Part shown: positions 26,151 through 35,624 of the stretch, piece by piece
Layout: every line of letters starts with the position of its first letter
Position numbering within the stretch: position 1 is the stretch's first letter
Assembly: GCA_964506805.1 (NCBI GenBank)
Contig: CAZDMD010000002.1
Coordinates: 1 to 43,921 of the forward strand
Direction of reading: 5' to 3'
From: an uncultured Vampirovibrionales bacterium
Lineage (GTDB): Bacteria; Cyanobacteriota; Vampirovibrionia; Vampirovibrionales; JAJTHC01
DNA length: 43,921 nt
Program-made: the position numbers and the translations under genes
Notes under the pieces: model-generated
Told to the model about the DNA's origin: nothing
Seen by the model: the letters and a program-made list of their open reading frames with translations, nothing else
Databases searched by the model: none

Positions 26151-26176
26151 GTCTATAAGGGGTATCTATAAGGGGT
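26151..26176. repeat. Perfect tandem duplication, 2 x 13 bp (TCTATAAGGGGTA)
   Basis: Direct reading of the sequence, 30 nt from the first tandem pair. Confidence 0.9.
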
Positions 26177-26248
26177 ATAAAGTGGAGCCTTCACCTCTAT
26201 TGTATTGAAACCCTCCCCCACCGATGCCACAGCGGAGACTCCTTATCA

Positions 26249-26274
26249 GGAGATTCTTCACCTGCGTTCAGAAT
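26249..26274. repeat. Isolated copy of the 26-nt motif GGAGATTCTTCACCTGCGTTCAGAAT
   Basis: 25 of 26 nt identical to the reverse complement of 13552-13577. Confidence 0.8.
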
Positions 26275-26365
26275 AGAGCTTATACGGTAATTTTACGAAG
26301 GTAGAGTACAGCACATCCTAGATACCAAAGCCTTTCCAATGCTCGATCTTGTTTTCATATCGTAA

Positions 26366-26516
26366 TATAGTCGATTAAATATATTCTCGCACAGTGTCTA
26401 TACTTTGTCGCTACGATAATTTTGTTCAGTCATGTAGGTCTATCTACACTCCGTTCACAAAATAATCTAGGCTCCTCGTCTAGCCATCTCTACAAAAAAC
26501 TCTGAAAACGACTATA
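26366..26516 (+). mobile_element. Full-length MITE-like element (151 bp)
   Basis: The left arm and core are nearly identical to copy 6187 (1 mismatch in the 54-nt core). The right arm is different (CCATCTCTACAAAAAACTCTGAAAACGACTATA). TA flanks. Confidence 0.85.
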
Positions 26517-26758
26517 AAACACTATAGAATCAAAAACCGTAGACAGAAAAAGCCTTTTAAGAGGCTTTTGAAAACCTTTCTGCACGAAATTGGATTTTCT
26601 TAAACGGCTTGTAACAAAGTATTACAGAAAATAAATTCAAACCTTTCTTCATACTTTATTAAATCACATAGGCTTCTAAATGATTTCCATAATCAACCCT
26701 AGACTTTACCACCATTTAGACTTTAGAGAAAAAACAGTAAGGACATAAGAACAATATA

Positions 26759-27421
26759 ATGAATATGATTAACCCACAGTTTTCGGTTCCATCGCAATCT
26801 CAGTTTCAAGGGCCTTTACCTCCTTCTAGTAGTTTGGTAAATGTGTCCGCTAGTTTACAGTTGCCTCAAAGCATCAGCCGAGTCGCTTCTGCCTTATCTC
26901 GTGATTTAGCGGGTCAAATCGCTTTATTTACAGGAAACCCTGGTTTATATGCGACCGAGTATTCTTTAGCTTCCGTTATCGGAGCAGCCGTTACACCTGG
27001 ATTCAGTCTTTCTTCTTGGGGTACTCCTGAGCAAGGTGGACTGGCAAGTAACCCAACGACAGCCAGCTTCCCTGGATTCTTCCAGCCAATTCCTACCTTC
27101 CCTTCCCTTCGTGGCGATGTGGGTACCAATTCGCAAGGTTTCCAAGACCCGCGCTTTATTCCTCAGGGCTGGGTTGGAGCTCCAAGTGGCTTTATGGGAG
27201 ATATTTATGGTGGCGGTTATGTCAACCAAGCCCCACAAGGCTTTGGTCAGCCTCAAGGCTACGGTGTGCCTCAACAACAGTACGGTTATGCCCCGCAGCA
27301 ACAGTATGGCTACCCGCCTCAACAACAGTATGGCTATACTCCACAGCAGGGTTATGCAGATCCTTATGCACAACAGAGCTACGGTGGGTCTTACAACCCA
27401 ATGCCTTACGCACCGTACTAA
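26759..27421 (+). CDS. Low-complexity Gln/Tyr/Gly/Pro-rich protein with PQQQYGY repeats
   Basis: 220-aa ORF followed by an intrinsic terminator. The C-terminal third is QGYGVPQQQYGYAPQQQYGYPPQQQYGYTPQQGY.... The long overlapping ORFs in other frames are attributed to the repeats. Confidence 0.55.
   Translation: MNMINPQFSVPSQSQFQGPLPPSSSLVNVSASLQLPQSISRVASALSRDLAGQIALFTGNPGLYATEYSLASVIGAAVTPGFSLSSWGTPEQGGLASNPTTASFPGFFQPIPTFPSLRGDVGTNSQGFQDPRFIPQGWVGAPSGFMGDIYGGGYVNQAPQGFGQPQGYGVPQQQYGYAPQQQYGYPPQQQYGYTPQQGYADPYAQQSYGGSYNPMPYAPY
27269..27340 (+). repeat. 3 x 24-nt in-frame tandem repeat encoding PQQQYGY(A/P/T)
   Basis: The units at 27269-27292, 27293-27316 and 27317-27340 differ mainly at synonymous positions. 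Confidence 0.85.
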
Positions 27422-27471
27422 ATACAAAGCTCTTCCAATTAAATACACGCTCACTATTACATACAGTAATT

Positions 27472-27501
27472 CCGACGTCAAAATATGGCGTCGGTTTTTT
27501 T
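27472..27501 (+). terminator. Intrinsic terminator after the Q/Y-rich gene
   Basis: Stem CCGACG/CGTCGG (27472-27477 / 27489-27494) followed by a T7 run at 27495-27501. Confidence 0.6.
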
Positions 27502-27510
27502 GTGGTAAGT

Positions 27511-27519
27511 TGTTATTAT
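27511..27519 (+). promoter_or_regulatory. Candidate extended -10 promoter (TGtTATTAT) for mnmA
   Basis: TGnTATTAT lies 33 nt upstream of ATG 27552, directly after the terminator. Confidence 0.35.
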
Positions 27520-27551
27520 CCAATTTTTATTCAACCTAAAAAGAGGCCACA

Positions 27552-28745
27552 ATGATGACGTTTACCCCTTATCCACAAAATCACCTCAACTGGTTGCCCG
27601 AAAAACCAAGTCGTATTGCTGTGGGCATGTCAGGTGGTGTAGACTCTTCAGCGATTGCTTTCATGCTGAAAGAAATGGGGCATGAAGTCGTGGGACTCAC
27701 CGCTTGGACGCTCAATGGGCCAGGTACTTGTTGCAATGATGCCCTTGTCAATGCAGGACGGGTCTGTGAAGAGCTAGGTTGCGAATTCGATACCGTCGAT
27801 TTAAGAGCGGAGTTTCATCATTATGTGATGGACTATTACGAGAAAAGTTATCAAGCAGGGGTTACACCCAACCCCTGTGTGGAGTGTAATCGTTATGTGA
27901 AGTGGGAACGCTTGGTGGATTACGCCAAAGAATCCCTCAATTGCGACTATGTGGCAACAGGACATTATTTAAGCCTATACCGTCCACAAGGAGAAGCAGG
28001 GGCGTTTCACATTCATCGAGCAATGGATGAACGCAAAGATCAAACCTATATGCTCGCCCGAGTCTTTCCGAAAGACTTGCAACATGCTATTTTCCCCTTA
28101 GGACTTTGGCAAAAAGAAGATGTTTTGACGTATGCTCGAGAACACAACATTATCCAAAAAAGCTATAAAGAAAGTGTCGATGTCTGCTTTGTGTTAGACG
28201 GACAAGCGAATTATCTTAAACAGGCGTTGGGGGTTCGATTGGGTAACATTGTGGATGTGGCAACAGGAGCCGTGCTAGGGCAACACGAAGGACATTGGCT
28301 CTATACACGAGGGCAACGCAAGGGTCTTGGTGTGGCGGCAGGTGTGCCGATTTATGTCATCAAGACGGATGCCACGACCAACACCGTGTTTGTCGGGACA
28401 AAAGAATTTTTGGAAACCTCCACTTTTAAAGTGAAACGGATGAATTGGATTCACCGCCCAACGGATGAAACGCTCGAACACGTGGCGATTAAAGTGCGTT
28501 ATGCAGGGCAACCCAGTATGGGGAGGCTTCTTCAAGATCCTGATGGGACGGCGGGTGAAGATTATTTAGTGGAATTGATTACGCCTCAACAGGCGATTAC
28601 ACCTGGGCAAATTGCGGCGATTTATGATGCCGATTTTAAAGAACTCTTTGGGGGGGGCTATATTGATGCGATGCTGGAGCAGTCGCCTTTTGATGCGTTT
28701 TTGGCTCAAGCCTTGCCTGATTTGAATGCGAACTGTCCTATTTAA
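27552..28745 (+). CDS. mnmA: tRNA-specific 2-thiouridylase MnmA
   Basis: PP-loop IAVGMSGGVDSS, catalytic TPNPCVECNRYVKW, ATGHY. Confidence 0.9.
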   Translation: MMTFTPYPQNHLNWLPEKPSRIAVGMSGGVDSSAIAFMLKEMGHEVVGLTAWTLNGPGTCCNDALVNAGRVCEELGCEFDTVDLRAEFHHYVMDYYEKSYQAGVTPNPCVECNRYVKWERLVDYAKESLNCDYVATGHYLSLYRPQGEAGAFHIHRAMDERKDQTYMLARVFPKDLQHAIFPLGLWQKEDVLTYAREHNIIQKSYKESVDVCFVLDGQANYLKQALGVRLGNIVDVATGAVLGQHEGHWLYTRGQRKGLGVAAGVPIYVIKTDATTNTVFVGTKEFLETSTFKVKRMNWIHRPTDETLEHVAIKVRYAGQPSMGRLLQDPDGTAGEDYLVELITPQQAITPGQIAAIYDADFKELFGGGYIDAMLEQSPFDAFLAQALPDLNANCPI

Positions 28746-28785
28746 AAGCCTTTTTCAAAAATATAGCCAAAACTAAAAATACGGA

Positions 28786-28845
28786 TATAGTCGTTTTCAG
28801 AGTTTTTTGTAGAGATGGCTAAACGAGGATCTTAGATTATAGTCG
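28786..28845 (-). mobile_element. Truncated MITE copy (right-arm module, inverted) bounded by two direct TATAGTCG termini
   Basis: 28786-28840 matches the reverse complement of the right arm of copy 26366 plus GACGAGG.GCTTAGATTAT. A second TATAGTCG at 28838-28845 lies 4 nt from the carB stop codon. Confidence 0.6.
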
Positions 28846-28849
28846 TCTC

Positions 28850-31800
28850 CTAAGCAAAAAGAGCTTGCAGGGACTGCACCGAATAGGCTTGCGTCTTGAG
28901 GGCGTGAATGGCTTCGGCAATGGCTAAGGCTCCCGTGAGCGTGGTGGTCATAGGCGTATTGTGAATGACGGCAGATTTACGAATGTAGCTATCATCCAAC
29001 AAGCCTTCATCGCCTGAAGGGGTGTTAATCACCAACTGAATATCCCCCGACTCAATCAAGGTTTGAGCGTTCGGCGTGCCTTCGTGTCGTTTACAAATCG
29101 ACAAGCATGGAATCCCCTGCTCGCTTAAAAACCGAGCCGTCCCTTCGGTGGACACCAAACGAAAGCCCAAATCTTTAAATCGCCGAGCCACTTCCACCGC
29201 ATAGGGCTTATCGTGATTGTTCACGCTCAAGAAAACTTGTCCGCTTAAGGACAGTTGAATACCCGCCCCCTGCATGGCTTTGGCATACGCCAAGGCAAAA
29301 CTCTGATCAATCCCCATGACTTCGCCAGTCGAACGCATTTCGGGCCCAAGCATGGGATCACTTTCCCGAAACTTAATAAAGGGAAAGACAGGGGCTTTGA
29401 CTGCAATGTGATGAGGAAGTTGAGCAGGCAAGGAATCGGCACACACATGAGCCAGCGATTCCCCGAGCATGACTCTCACCGCCATTTGAATCAACGGAAC
29501 GCCTGTACACTTGCACACAAACGGCACGGTTCGACTCGCACGAGGGTTGACTTCAATAATATAGAGTTGATTATGCTGTACCGCAAATTGAATGTTCAAA
29601 AGCCCTTTGACATTCAAGGCTTTAGCTAAATTCGTGGTGGCGATTTTAATGCCTTCTGCCATGGCAGGGCTAATATGTTGAGCAGGCCAAACGCAGGCAC
29701 TATCTCCACTATGAATGCCCGCCTGTTCGATGTGTTCCAAAATCGCAGCGACGTAACAATCCGCACCGTCTGAAAGGGCATCCACATCCAGCTCCCGAGC
29801 GTTTTCCAAAAAGCGATCAATCAAAATCGGGGAATCAGGCTCGACACTTAAAATTTCATCCAAGTAATGAAGCAGTCGCTCTTCCGTGTAGACAATTCGC
29901 ATGGCACGTCCCCCCAAGACGTAGCTAGGGCGAACCATCAGCGGATACCCCATAGATCGAGCCACTTGCACGGCTTCTTCTACGGTTCGAGCAATACCGC
30001 TTTCAGGGGCTTTCAGATTTAAGTCCTTTAAAATGGCTCTAAACTTTTCCCGATCTTCCGCATCATCAATGGACTGCACACTCGTACCGAGCGGTTTAAA
30101 ATACGCATCATCTTTCAACGCACGAGCCAACTTCAAAGGCGTTTGCCCACCGAGTTGAGCAATCACGCCAAGGGGCTGTTCTTGACGCAAAACGTTATGC
30201 ACGTCTTCAGGCGTAAGAGGTTCAAAATACAAGCGATCGGACATGTCATAATCGGTTGAGACCGTTTCAGGGTTTGAATTGACCATAATCGGTTTATAGC
30301 CTGCTTGACGCAACGCCATTGCTGCATGAACGCAACAGTAGTCAAACTCAATGCCCTGCCCGATGCGATTCGGGCCTCCGCCGAGAATGACCACTCGCTT
30401 GTTATTTGCTTCACTTGCCACATTACTTAAAACGCCTTGAGGGGCTTCGTTTTCGCCAGCGTCATAGGTGGAATAGTAGTAAGGCGTTTGGGCTTCAAAT
30501 TCACCCGCACAGGTATCTACCGATTTATACACAGGCAAGATGCCTTTGCTTTCTCGATGAAAGCGGATTTGAGCTTCATCCACCTGAAAGGCTTGAGCGA
30601 GTTCTAAATCACTCATCCCGCCTTGCTTGAGGCTCCGTAAAACAGAAGCAGGCACGGCTTCTATGGACTCATAAAGCGACAAAGTAGAAGCATCCGCTAA
30701 AATCTCTTCGATATTGCTTAAAAACCAAGGATCAATTTTCGTCCAAGCGTGAATGTTCTCCATTGGCACACCCTGACGAAAGGCTTGCAAGAGCCAGTAA
30801 ACCCGATCGGCGGTGGCGGTTTTGAGCTGTTTTTCCAGTTCATCTTTGGAAATAAATCCCTTTTTTAAATCAAACTCCAACGGTTTAATTTCAAGGGAAC
30901 GCAAGGCTTTTTTAAAGGATTCTTTAAAGGTGAGTCCCATTGCCATCACTTCGCCGACGCTTTTCATTTGAGGCGACAACTGATTCCCCCCTTCGGGGAA
31001 CTTGTCAAAACTGAATCGGGGGATTTTGGTTACGACGTAATCAATCGCAGGTTCAAAACTCGCTGGGGTGGACTGCGTAATATCGTTGCGGATTTCATCC
31101 AGCGTATAGCCCACCGCCAATCGAGCCGAGATTTTCGCAATAGGAACACCAGTTGCCTTAGAGACCAACGCCGAACTACGAGACACACGCGGATTCATTT
31201 CAATAATCACAATGCGTCCCGTCGTGGGGTGAATGGCGAATTGAATGTTGCATCCGCCTGCTTCCACGCCCACCGCACGAATAATTTTTATCGACGCATT
31301 ACGCAAGGCTTGATATTCCTTGTCTGTTAAAGTCTGAGCAGGGGCAACGGTGATACTATCGCCTGTATGCACGCCCATGGGATCGACATTCTCAACGGAA
31401 CAAACAATCACGACGTTATCCGCTTGATCTCGCATGACTTCAAACTCGTATTCCTTCCAGCCCAATGCCGATTCTTCCAGTAGTACCTGGTTAATCGGGG
31501 AAAGGTGCAAGCCATATTCGACTTTGGCTTGAAACTCTTCAGCATTATAAACGACGCTTCCACCACTGCCCCCGAGCGTAAAAGCGGGTCGCACAATGAG
31601 GGGGAATCCCAAGTCTTTGGCGACGCTGTGGGCTTCAGCGATCGACGTAACCGTTTGGCTTTTAAAGGAGTTTAAACCAATTTCGTTCATCAACTGCTTA
31701 AAGCGTTCCCGATCTTCTGCCACATCAATGGCGTTAAAATTCGCACCAATCAGTTCCACCTGATATTTTTCAAGCACCCCGTTGTGATGCAAATCATAGG

Positions 31801-32113
31801 CGAGATTCAGTGCGGTTTGTCCGCCCATGGTAGGCAATAAGGCATCGGGGCGTTCGGCTTCGATAATCGTTTCCAAGAAGTGGGGGGTCAAGGGTTCGAC
31901 ATAGGTTTTCGTCGCAAGGTTAGGGTCGGTCATAATGGTGGCGGGGTTGGAATTGACGAGAATCACCTCGTAGCCTTCTTCCATTAAGGCACGACAGGCT
32001 TGCGTGCCTGAATAGTCGAATTCGCAGGCCTGCCCAATGACAATAGGGCCTGCTCCGATGATGAGAATGCGGCGAATATCGTGGCGTTTGGGCATGAGGG
32101 GGTGTCCTTGCAT
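28850..32113 (-). CDS. carB: Carbamoyl-phosphate synthase large subunit
   Basis: 1087 aa with two ATP-grasp halves. [24 protein letters not shown] and [24 protein letters not shown] are characteristic. Confidence 0.97.
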   Translation of the reverse strand: MQGHPLMPKRHDIRRILIIGAGPIVIGQACEFDYSGTQACRALMEEGYEVILVNSNPATIMTDPNLATKTYVEPLTPHFLETIIEAERPDALLPTMGGQTALNLAYDLHHNGVLEKYQVELIGANFNAIDVAEDRERFKQLMNEIGLNSFKSQTVTSIAEAHSVAKDLGFPLIVRPAFTLGGSGGSVVYNAEEFQAKVEYGLHLSPINQVLLEESALGWKEYEFEVMRDQADNVVIVCSVENVDPMGVHTGDSITVAPAQTLTDKEYQALRNASIKIIRAVGVEAGGCNIQFAIHPTTGRIVIIEMNPRVSRSSALVSKATGVPIAKISARLAVGYTLDEIRNDITQSTPASFEPAIDYVVTKIPRFSFDKFPEGGNQLSPQMKSVGEVMAMGLTFKESFKKALRSLEIKPLEFDLKKGFISKDELEKQLKTATADRVYWLLQAFRQGVPMENIHAWTKIDPWFLSNIEEILADASTLSLYESIEAVPASVLRSLKQGGMSDLELAQAFQVDEAQIRFHRESKGILPVYKSVDTCAGEFEAQTPYYYSTYDAGENEAPQGVLSNVASEANNKRVVILGGGPNRIGQGIEFDYCCVHAAMALRQAGYKPIMVNSNPETVSTDYDMSDRLYFEPLTPEDVHNVLRQEQPLGVIAQLGGQTPLKLARALKDDAYFKPLGTSVQSIDDAEDREKFRAILKDLNLKAPESGIARTVEEAVQVARSMGYPLMVRPSYVLGGRAMRIVYTEERLLHYLDEILSVEPDSPILIDRFLENARELDVDALSDGADCYVAAILEHIEQAGIHSGDSACVWPAQHISPAMAEGIKIATTNLAKALNVKGLLNIQFAVQHNQLYIIEVNPRASRTVPFVCKCTGVPLIQMAVRVMLGESLAHVCADSLPAQLPHHIAVKAPVFPFIKFRESDPMLGPEMRSTGEVMGIDQSFALAYAKAMQGAGIQLSLSGQVFLSVNNHDKPYAVEVARRFKDLGFRLVSTEGTARFLSEQGIPCLSICKRHEGTPNAQTLIESGDIQLVINTPSGDEGLLDDSYIRKSAVIHNTPMTTTLTGALAIAEAIHALKTQAYSVQSLQALFA

Positions 32114-32214
32114 GGGGGAAAATAGTATTCATTGAAGCAATGTTCAAATTGTCTTATTGTAGTATACTGAAAACTTATACACAAGCCAGTGAACTAAAAT
32201 TGTTACCTTGAAGC

Positions 32215-32248
32215 ATAGTCTTTTCAGAAGTTTTCTGAAAAGACTATA
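32215..32248. mobile_element. Miniature palindrome made of two MITE termini back to back
   Basis: ATAGTCTTTTCAGAA-gtt-TTCTGAAAAGACTAT forms perfect 15-bp arms. The arms match the right arm of copy 36450 and the left arm at 23011. Confidence 0.6.
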
Positions 32249-32335
32249 AGGACGCACTTTTTAAAATTGAGGCTGTTTTAAGCGTGTGTCTCCCTAATTT
32301 TGTTTCCCTTGTTAATTCCTTAGGAGTTTCACAGC

Positions 32336-33049
32336 ATGAAAGCCTTTTCTGCTTTGCTTATTTCTCAGACCCCTTTTCAAGCCCCCAAGCCTTCCCTTGC
32401 CCCTCCCTCCCAACGCAACGGAGCAATCATCCGAGCTTTAACAAAAAAGGAGGGTGCTATTGTGGAAATAGGAGAAGATCCATTTGCCCATAATGATATA
32501 AGCGTGCTTGAAAGTTTAATTCAGCAGCTAGAAGTACATATGAGTTCAAATGATTTGTTGAGAAATTCAAAAAGCCATGAATATCTTTTAGCCTTATTAA
32601 CAAAAGTAGAACTACCTTTTCAGAAAACATTTTTAAATTTGAGCCTCACCCATAATCCTAAATTACTAGGTGCAATCCAAACAAATCCTGATAAATTTCA
32701 CATTGAATACCTTGCATCTTTAAAAGGAGGGGGAGGGGATTTGTTAGCTTATGTATTAAGAGAATTACAAACAATTTCCAGTTGGAAACTCTCTAGTAGT
32801 GGAGACAATCCCGAGTTATATTTTTTAAGAGATGGAAAAAAACATTCGCTTCGAACCGACAGTTTTTATTCTGATTTTGGATTCCAACCAGAAAAAGAAA
32901 AGGTTCGTGTTATCAGAGAAGAAGATTTAACTCCTTATGCTCAACAAAAAATGGATAATCTACAAATTATAAAACAAGGTAAGTCATTCCCTCTTTCCCA
33001 AGATTTAGGACTAGAAGACGGCAATGGTATTGATTATCGCCAATTCTAA
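32336..33049 (+). CDS. Hypothetical protein (237 aa)
   Basis: A+T-rich ORF with a GGAG RBS and no recognised motif. It ends 3 nt from the surE stop (convergent). Confidence 0.4.
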   Translation: MKAFSALLISQTPFQAPKPSLAPPSQRNGAIIRALTKKEGAIVEIGEDPFAHNDISVLESLIQQLEVHMSSNDLLRNSKSHEYLLALLTKVELPFQKTFLNLSLTHNPKLLGAIQTNPDKFHIEYLASLKGGGGDLLAYVLRELQTISSWKLSSSGDNPELYFLRDGKKHSLRTDSFYSDFGFQPEKEKVRVIREEDLTPYAQQKMDNLQIIKQGKSFPLSQDLGLEDGNGIDYRQF

Positions 33050-33052
33050 AAC

Positions 33053-33832
33053 TTATAACCGTCCTTCGAGCTTGGTATAGAGCGTTTTGTTGGTTAAATC
33101 CGCATGAATCGGCGTTACGGTAACATAGTTGTTACGAATGGCTTCGACATCATCATCCGCCTCGCATCCGCCTGCTACCAGTTCGCCTGCTAGCCAATAA
33201 TAGGTAATGTTTCGGGGATCTTGACGTTTTTCGTAAAAATCTTTATACATGCGTCGCCCTAGTTTACAGAGCTTAAGCCCTGCATAATCTTGACTAGGCA
33301 CGGCAGGCACATTCACGTTCAAGACTCGGGCATGCCCTGCCTCAAAAAGACTGGTTAGCTTTTCCAAATGCCTAGCGAGATATTGACACGCATCGTCATA
33401 ATCACACAAGGGATTGTACCCGTCAAAGGCGGAAGTGGCAATGGCTGAAACGTCATTCATCGCGGCTTCCAGTGCAGCGGATACCGTGCCTGAATAAACG
33501 ACGTCTCCGCCCAAGTTGGGGCCATGATTCATCCCTGAAATGACCACATCCACAGGCGTTTCTTTGAGCAAGGTGGTAATGGCGAGTTTGACGCAATCGC
33601 TAGGCGTACCTGAAACGGCATAGGCACGGACGACGTTGGCGCCTTCTTTGTGAAAAAGGGCTGTCATCTCATCAACTCGTAGTGGGTGGTGCAGGGTCAG
33701 TGCGTGTCCCTGTGCCGATTGTTCTTGGGCAGGCGCTACCACGTAGACTTCATGCTTGGCACTTAAGGCTTTGGCAAGGGCATGAATCCCTTTGGCTCGA
33801 ATGCCGTCATCGTTAGAAATTAAAATTCGCAT
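33053..33832 (-). CDS. surE: 5'/3'-nucleotidase SurE
   Basis: MRILISNDDGI...GI.AL, SGMNHGPNLG.DV.YSGTV.AA.E. Confidence 0.95.
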   Translation of the reverse strand: MRILISNDDGIRAKGIHALAKALSAKHEVYVVAPAQEQSAQGHALTLHHPLRVDEMTALFHKEGANVVRAYAVSGTPSDCVKLAITTLLKETPVDVVISGMNHGPNLGGDVVYSGTVSAALEAAMNDVSAIATSAFDGYNPLCDYDDACQYLARHLEKLTSLFEAGHARVLNVNVPAVPSQDYAGLKLCKLGRRMYKDFYEKRQDPRNITYYWLAGELVAGGCEADDDVEAIRNNYVTVTPIHADLTNKTLYTKLEGRL

Positions 33833-33874
33833 GGGGGTACTCTTTCTTATTTACTACGATTAGAACTTCTAGCC

Positions 33875-33907
33875 CCCTCTCCCTTAGGGAGAGGGCTGGG
33901 GTGAGGG
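33875..33907 (+). repeat. 33-bp hairpin repeat CCCTCTCCCTTAGGGAGAGGGCTGGGGTGAGGG
   Basis: A 9-bp perfect stem with a 3-nt loop. A second, near-identical direct copy lies at 34400-34432. Confidence 0.85.
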
Positions 33908-34069
33908 ATGCAAGAAGCCTTAATAAAACTGGTGCTTCCCTCATCTTAACAAGACAAGATCTAATCTTTAAAATTATTTTACTTTTAGTTTAACGTATTG
34001 TAGTGTAAAATCAAAAATAAATTATAAAATTAAAAATAAATCATTCAAATCATTTGAAAGGCAAGCCTC

Positions 34070-34390
34070 ATGAACATTGATTCAGAAACCGTCGTCAAAG
34101 TCGCACAGCTTTCGAGCATTGCCCTTTCTCCCGAAGAAGTGGAGCAGTACAAGGGAGAACTCTCCAAAGTGCTAAACTTTGTGGAGCAGTTGGATAATCT
34201 ACCGTTGGATTCCATCTCAAACGCCTCTGAAGCCGAACAAGTGGCAAGTCCTGTAACGGCAACTATCTCGGCTGGGGATACGTCTCCTTTTCGTGAGGAT
34301 GTGGCGGTGATGCCGCTTTCTCGTGAAGCGTTGATGAGCAATGCCCCTGAAACGGAAGAGGGGGCTTACGTCGTCCCCAACATTTTATAG
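34070..34390 (+). CDS. gatC: Glutamyl/aspartyl-tRNA amidotransferase subunit C
   Basis: 106 aa. V.KVA.LS.I.L..EEVE.Y...L..VL.FVEQL is the typical GatC N-terminus. Confidence 0.85.
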   Translation: MNIDSETVVKVAQLSSIALSPEEVEQYKGELSKVLNFVEQLDNLPLDSISNASEAEQVASPVTATISAGDTSPFREDVAVMPLSREALMSNAPETEEGAYVVPNIL

Positions 34391-34399
34391 AAAACGCAA

Positions 34400-34432
34400 C
34401 CCTCTCCCTTAGGGAGAGGGCTAGGGTGAGGG
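34400..34432 (+). repeat. Second copy of the 33-bp hairpin repeat (CCCTCTCCCTTAGGGAGAGGGCTAGGGTGAGGG)
   Basis: One mismatch versus 33875-33907. It starts 10 nt after the gatC stop and could act as a terminator-like hairpin, but no T-run follows. Confidence 0.85.
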
Positions 34433-34476
34433 AGTCTAATTCACATTCACTTTATTGCTTTTCTAAGGAATTCAAG

Positions 34477-34947
34477 ATGAAAGACCTATTCAACTTGCTA
34501 AAACAAATGCAACATAAAGCCCTAATGAAATCCATTACCGAAACCTTCACCTTAGAAGAGGCAGTGGAATCTTTGGCGTGGGTGAAGTCTCACTTAGAAC
34601 AGGCACACCAAGAACTTGAAGAATTGCACGACAATCTCATGCTCACCAAACGTTTGTATAGCCTGCAATATGCGGAACGACTCCCCCAAGAAGAAGACTT
34701 TGAAAAGCTAGTCGCCTTAAAGGTGAAAGCCCTTGAAACCGCCCTAGAAAAATGGACGAAACGCTTTGCCGAACGAGGTTTTTATCTGCGAGATTTTGAA
34801 GACGGCATTGTCGAGTTTCGCTATAAAACCGCCAATGACGATAGTCTCTTTCTCTGCTGGCAAGACGGCGAAGACGGGATTCTCTATTTCAGAGAACCTG
34901 ATGAGCCTTACGTCTTTCGTAAACCCATTACCTTTCTGCCTGATTAA
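34477..34947 (+). CDS. DUF2203-like conserved hypothetical protein
   Basis: A coiled-coil N-terminus is followed by GIVEFRYKT...LFLCWQDGEDGILYF.E, which resembles the DUF2203 pattern as I recall it. ATG 34477 with an AAGGAA RBS is preferred over the track start at 34426, which lies in the repeat. Confidence 0.5.
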   Translation: MKDLFNLLKQMQHKALMKSITETFTLEEAVESLAWVKSHLEQAHQELEELHDNLMLTKRLYSLQYAERLPQEEDFEKLVALKVKALETALEKWTKRFAERGFYLRDFEDGIVEFRYKTANDDSLFLCWQDGEDGILYFREPDEPYVFRKPITFLPD

Positions 34948-34970
34948 GTTTACCTGATTAAGGAGTCCCC

Positions 34971-35624
34971 ATGCTCACGGATGCTTTTCAATGCCTTACG
35001 CCTGTGGCATCTAACGCCCCTTCAGAAACTTTGGTGCTGGAGCTTTATGTGCAAGAGGCTTTAGAGCATCACGCCGTGGTGAAGGATTTACAGCATCACT
35101 ATACGCAATGGAGTCAAACGCTTTTGGGGTGGATAAATCAACACGACTTGTGGCAGGCTCATGGTTTGCAAGTACCGCCTGAAAGCGAAGCATGGAACAT
35201 TGACTATTACTTGGTGGACAATGCCACGATTCAAGCCTTGAACGAAACGCATCGCCAAAAAAATACGCCCACGGATGTCTTGAGTTTTCCCGTTTTTGAA
35301 AATGCCGAAAGGGATGATCACGTCGATGAGGAGGAAACGGAAGCCTCCCCAGCGGTTGTCTCTCCCTTGCCTGATGCCTTGAACGCCTTACTTCGCTCGC
35401 AAGGCGGATCGCTTGGATCTGTGGTGGTGTCTCTGGATTATGCTGAAACGCATTCCAAAACGAATGAAAGTGAAACAGCGTGTTTCGACTATGTCCTAGA
35501 GCGTTTGATTCACGGGTCGCTTCATGTCTTGGGGGTTCATCACGCCACGACAGAAGATTATGAGCGTGTCATTGCCTTACAAGCCGATTTTATAAAAAGG
35601 ATGTGTCTATCTGATGAAAACTAA
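34971..35624 (+). CDS. ybeY: Endoribonuclease YbeY (rRNA maturation factor) with an acidic insertion
   Basis: TDVLSFP and HGSLHVLGVHH (the H..LH..G.DH zinc motif). 217 aa versus roughly 150 typical. Confidence 0.8.
   Translation: MLTDAFQCLTPVASNAPSETLVLELYVQEALEHHAVVKDLQHHYTQWSQTLLGWINQHDLWQAHGLQVPPESEAWNIDYYLVDNATIQALNETHRQKNTPTDVLSFPVFENAERDDHVDEEETEASPAVVSPLPDALNALLRSQGGSLGSVVVSLDYAETHSKTNESETACFDYVLERLIHGSLHVLGVHHATTEDYERVIALQADFIKRMCLSDEN

Noticed and set aside
26966-27539. Two long ORFs (185 aa on the minus strand, 167 aa on the plus strand) overlapping the Q/Y-rich gene.
   Set aside because: Low-complexity CAA/CAG/TAT/GGN repeats keep several frames open. Only frame 26759-27421 has a plausible start and is followed by an intrinsic terminator.
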